From Paecilomyces variotii (lineage: Eukaryota): 64,000 bases of DNA. The notes beneath the pieces were generated by a model. It made no database searches and was not told the DNA's origin. It saw only the letters and a list, made by a program, of their open reading frames with translations. Below are positions 62,941-64,000 of the stretch, one piece after another (position 1 is the first letter of the stretch; every line of letters begins with the position of its first letter). A program made the translations under genes and the position numbers. Where the stretch lies: assembly GCA_004022145.1 (NCBI GenBank), contig RCNU01000007.1. One strand, written 5' to 3'.

Positions 62941-64000
62941 CTAAGCATGGTCAAGAGGCGACGGTCCAACATCAACCTCGACCGTAAAGATCCTTATCGG
63001 CTTCTCAATCTGACTCGTTCCATTATGCCACTGCATGGCACGATTGAACTGGGCAGCTGGAAGCCACAGTCGGTTCCGCCCATCAAGCCACATTCCGTCC
63101 ACCCAGAGAAGACGAGAATCATGTACAAAAATCTCCGATTTCCCGTCGGGGGATATTCTCAAGATGTTCTGGCGGTCCGTGTCACTCAGGTAGATGTTGC
63201 CTCTGGCGTCGATGGCCGTGCTGCCGGTTGAAGGCGTATGCGAGAACGGCTGGATCCATTTTTCCAGTTCAATGTCGGGAAACGAGGTGTTGCGCAGTGC
63301 CTGGTTCAAGTACTTGGTAGGGATGCGTGACATGCCTCCTGCTGTGGGCTGAAAGTAGAGATATTGCCCATCCGGGGAAACTTCAAGTTGGTCGACATAG
63401 ATGAAGTTAAATCCGCCCGTAGAGTTACGCATCAGACTGCCCTCCCCTGACGTGGGCATGTATTGTTTGAGCGCCAGCTGGTTTTCTAGGAGTCGTCGCC
63501 CGGTACCTGTGACTAGGTCTATCACTATGATGCTGGCGGCTCCTGCATCGGTAAGGTATGCTATGCGCCTATTAAACCGGAAGTCATCGAGAAGGCTGGA
63601 AGGAGCAATCAAGTCCGCAAATGGATAGATACGGGTCACTTTGTTCGTTGAGATATCTATCGTGACCAGCTTCGCACCGGCAGGATGAAGGGTTCCGTTG
63701 CTGGCGAGACCATTGTCAAGCACCCATAACTGGCCATCAGGACCGATTCGTTGGGCAGCGACATTGACAAATGTATTGGCCGCGTCTCGAGTGCTCTCGA
63801 AAGAATTCCAGGCATTACTTGGATATGGGACGAAGGAGTTGTTCTCGTAGCGCTCAACGAGCAGCGGTCCAGTCGAGCCATCGAAGCGGTTATACAGGAG
63901 GAAAATGCGGCTACTGTCGGGCACAATGCTAAACCCAGTTGTTGGCGAATCGATCTCCAAACTGTCTATGACGCTGGGATTCTGAGCGACTGCTGTTCGG
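62941..64000 (-). CDS. Major royal jelly / Yellow-family beta-propeller protein (5' end beyond window)
   Basis: LWVLDNG, KLVTIDISTNKV, AYLTDAG..IIVIDL, DQLEVSPDG, GNIYLSD and RLLWVDGMW. The frame stays open to the window edge. Confidence 0.88.
   Translation of the reverse strand, partial: RTAVAQNPSVIDSLEIDSPTTGFSIVPDSSRIFLLYNRFDGSTGPLLVERYENNSFVPYPSNAWNSFESTRDAANTFVNVAAQRIGPDGQLWVLDNGLASNGTLHPAGAKLVTIDISTNKVTRIYPFADLIAPSSLLDDFRFNRRIAYLTDAGAASIIVIDLVTGTGRRLLENQLALKQYMPTSGEGSLMRNSTGGFNFIYVDQLEVSPDGQYLYFQPTAGGMSRIPTKYLNQALRNTSFPDIELEKWIQPFSHTPSTGSTAIDARGNIYLSDTDRQNILRISPDGKSEIFVHDSRLLWVDGMWLDGRNRLWLPAAQFNRAMQWHNGTSQIEKPIRIFTVEVDVGPSPLDHA

Noticed and set aside
25651-63926. Many antisense or overlapping 60-180-aa ORFs (e.g. 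45440-45952, 47471-48001, 46720-47394, 61920-62363)
   Set aside because: They are shadow frames of real genes or promoter DNA, often with non-ATG starts and no recognisable motifs.
10008-64000. Starship giant transposon with cargo
   Set aside because: The gene content is accessory-like, but I could not identify a DUF3435 tyrosine recombinase or element boundaries. It is not excluded beyond the window or within the unreadable relic.

Overview
Eukaryotic DNA from a filamentous ascomycete (GT-AG introns with CTAAC/CTGAC-type branch sites, Zn2Cys6 regulators, strong RIP signature). It has two compartments. (1) 1-~25.2 kb is an AT-rich, RIP-mutated transposon nest. A full-length Ty3/Gypsy chromovirus (749-6652, 234-bp LTRs, ATAGC target duplication) is inserted antisense into a copy of the same family (<1-10007). 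An unidentified, very heavily mutated relic (10008-15615, resuming at 24697) is interrupted by an apparently complete ~9.1-kb Helitron (15616-24696, minus strand) carrying Rep/PIF1 motifs and a second decayed ORF. (2) ~25.6-64 kb is a dense block of accessory metabolism genes with no housekeeping gene and no PKS/NRPS/terpene backbone. It holds three MFS transporters, two Fe/2OG dioxygenases, a MetE-like Zn enzyme, a secreted tyrosinase, lactonase and multicopper oxidase, a Yellow/MRJP protein, a SAM methyltransferase, two paralogous Zn2Cys6 factors, FAH, class II aldolase, DUF1932-type dehydrogenase and RraA/HMG-aldolase genes, plus a carboxylesterase pseudogene. Family calls come from recognised motifs, not database searches. 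Exon boundaries were read by eye.
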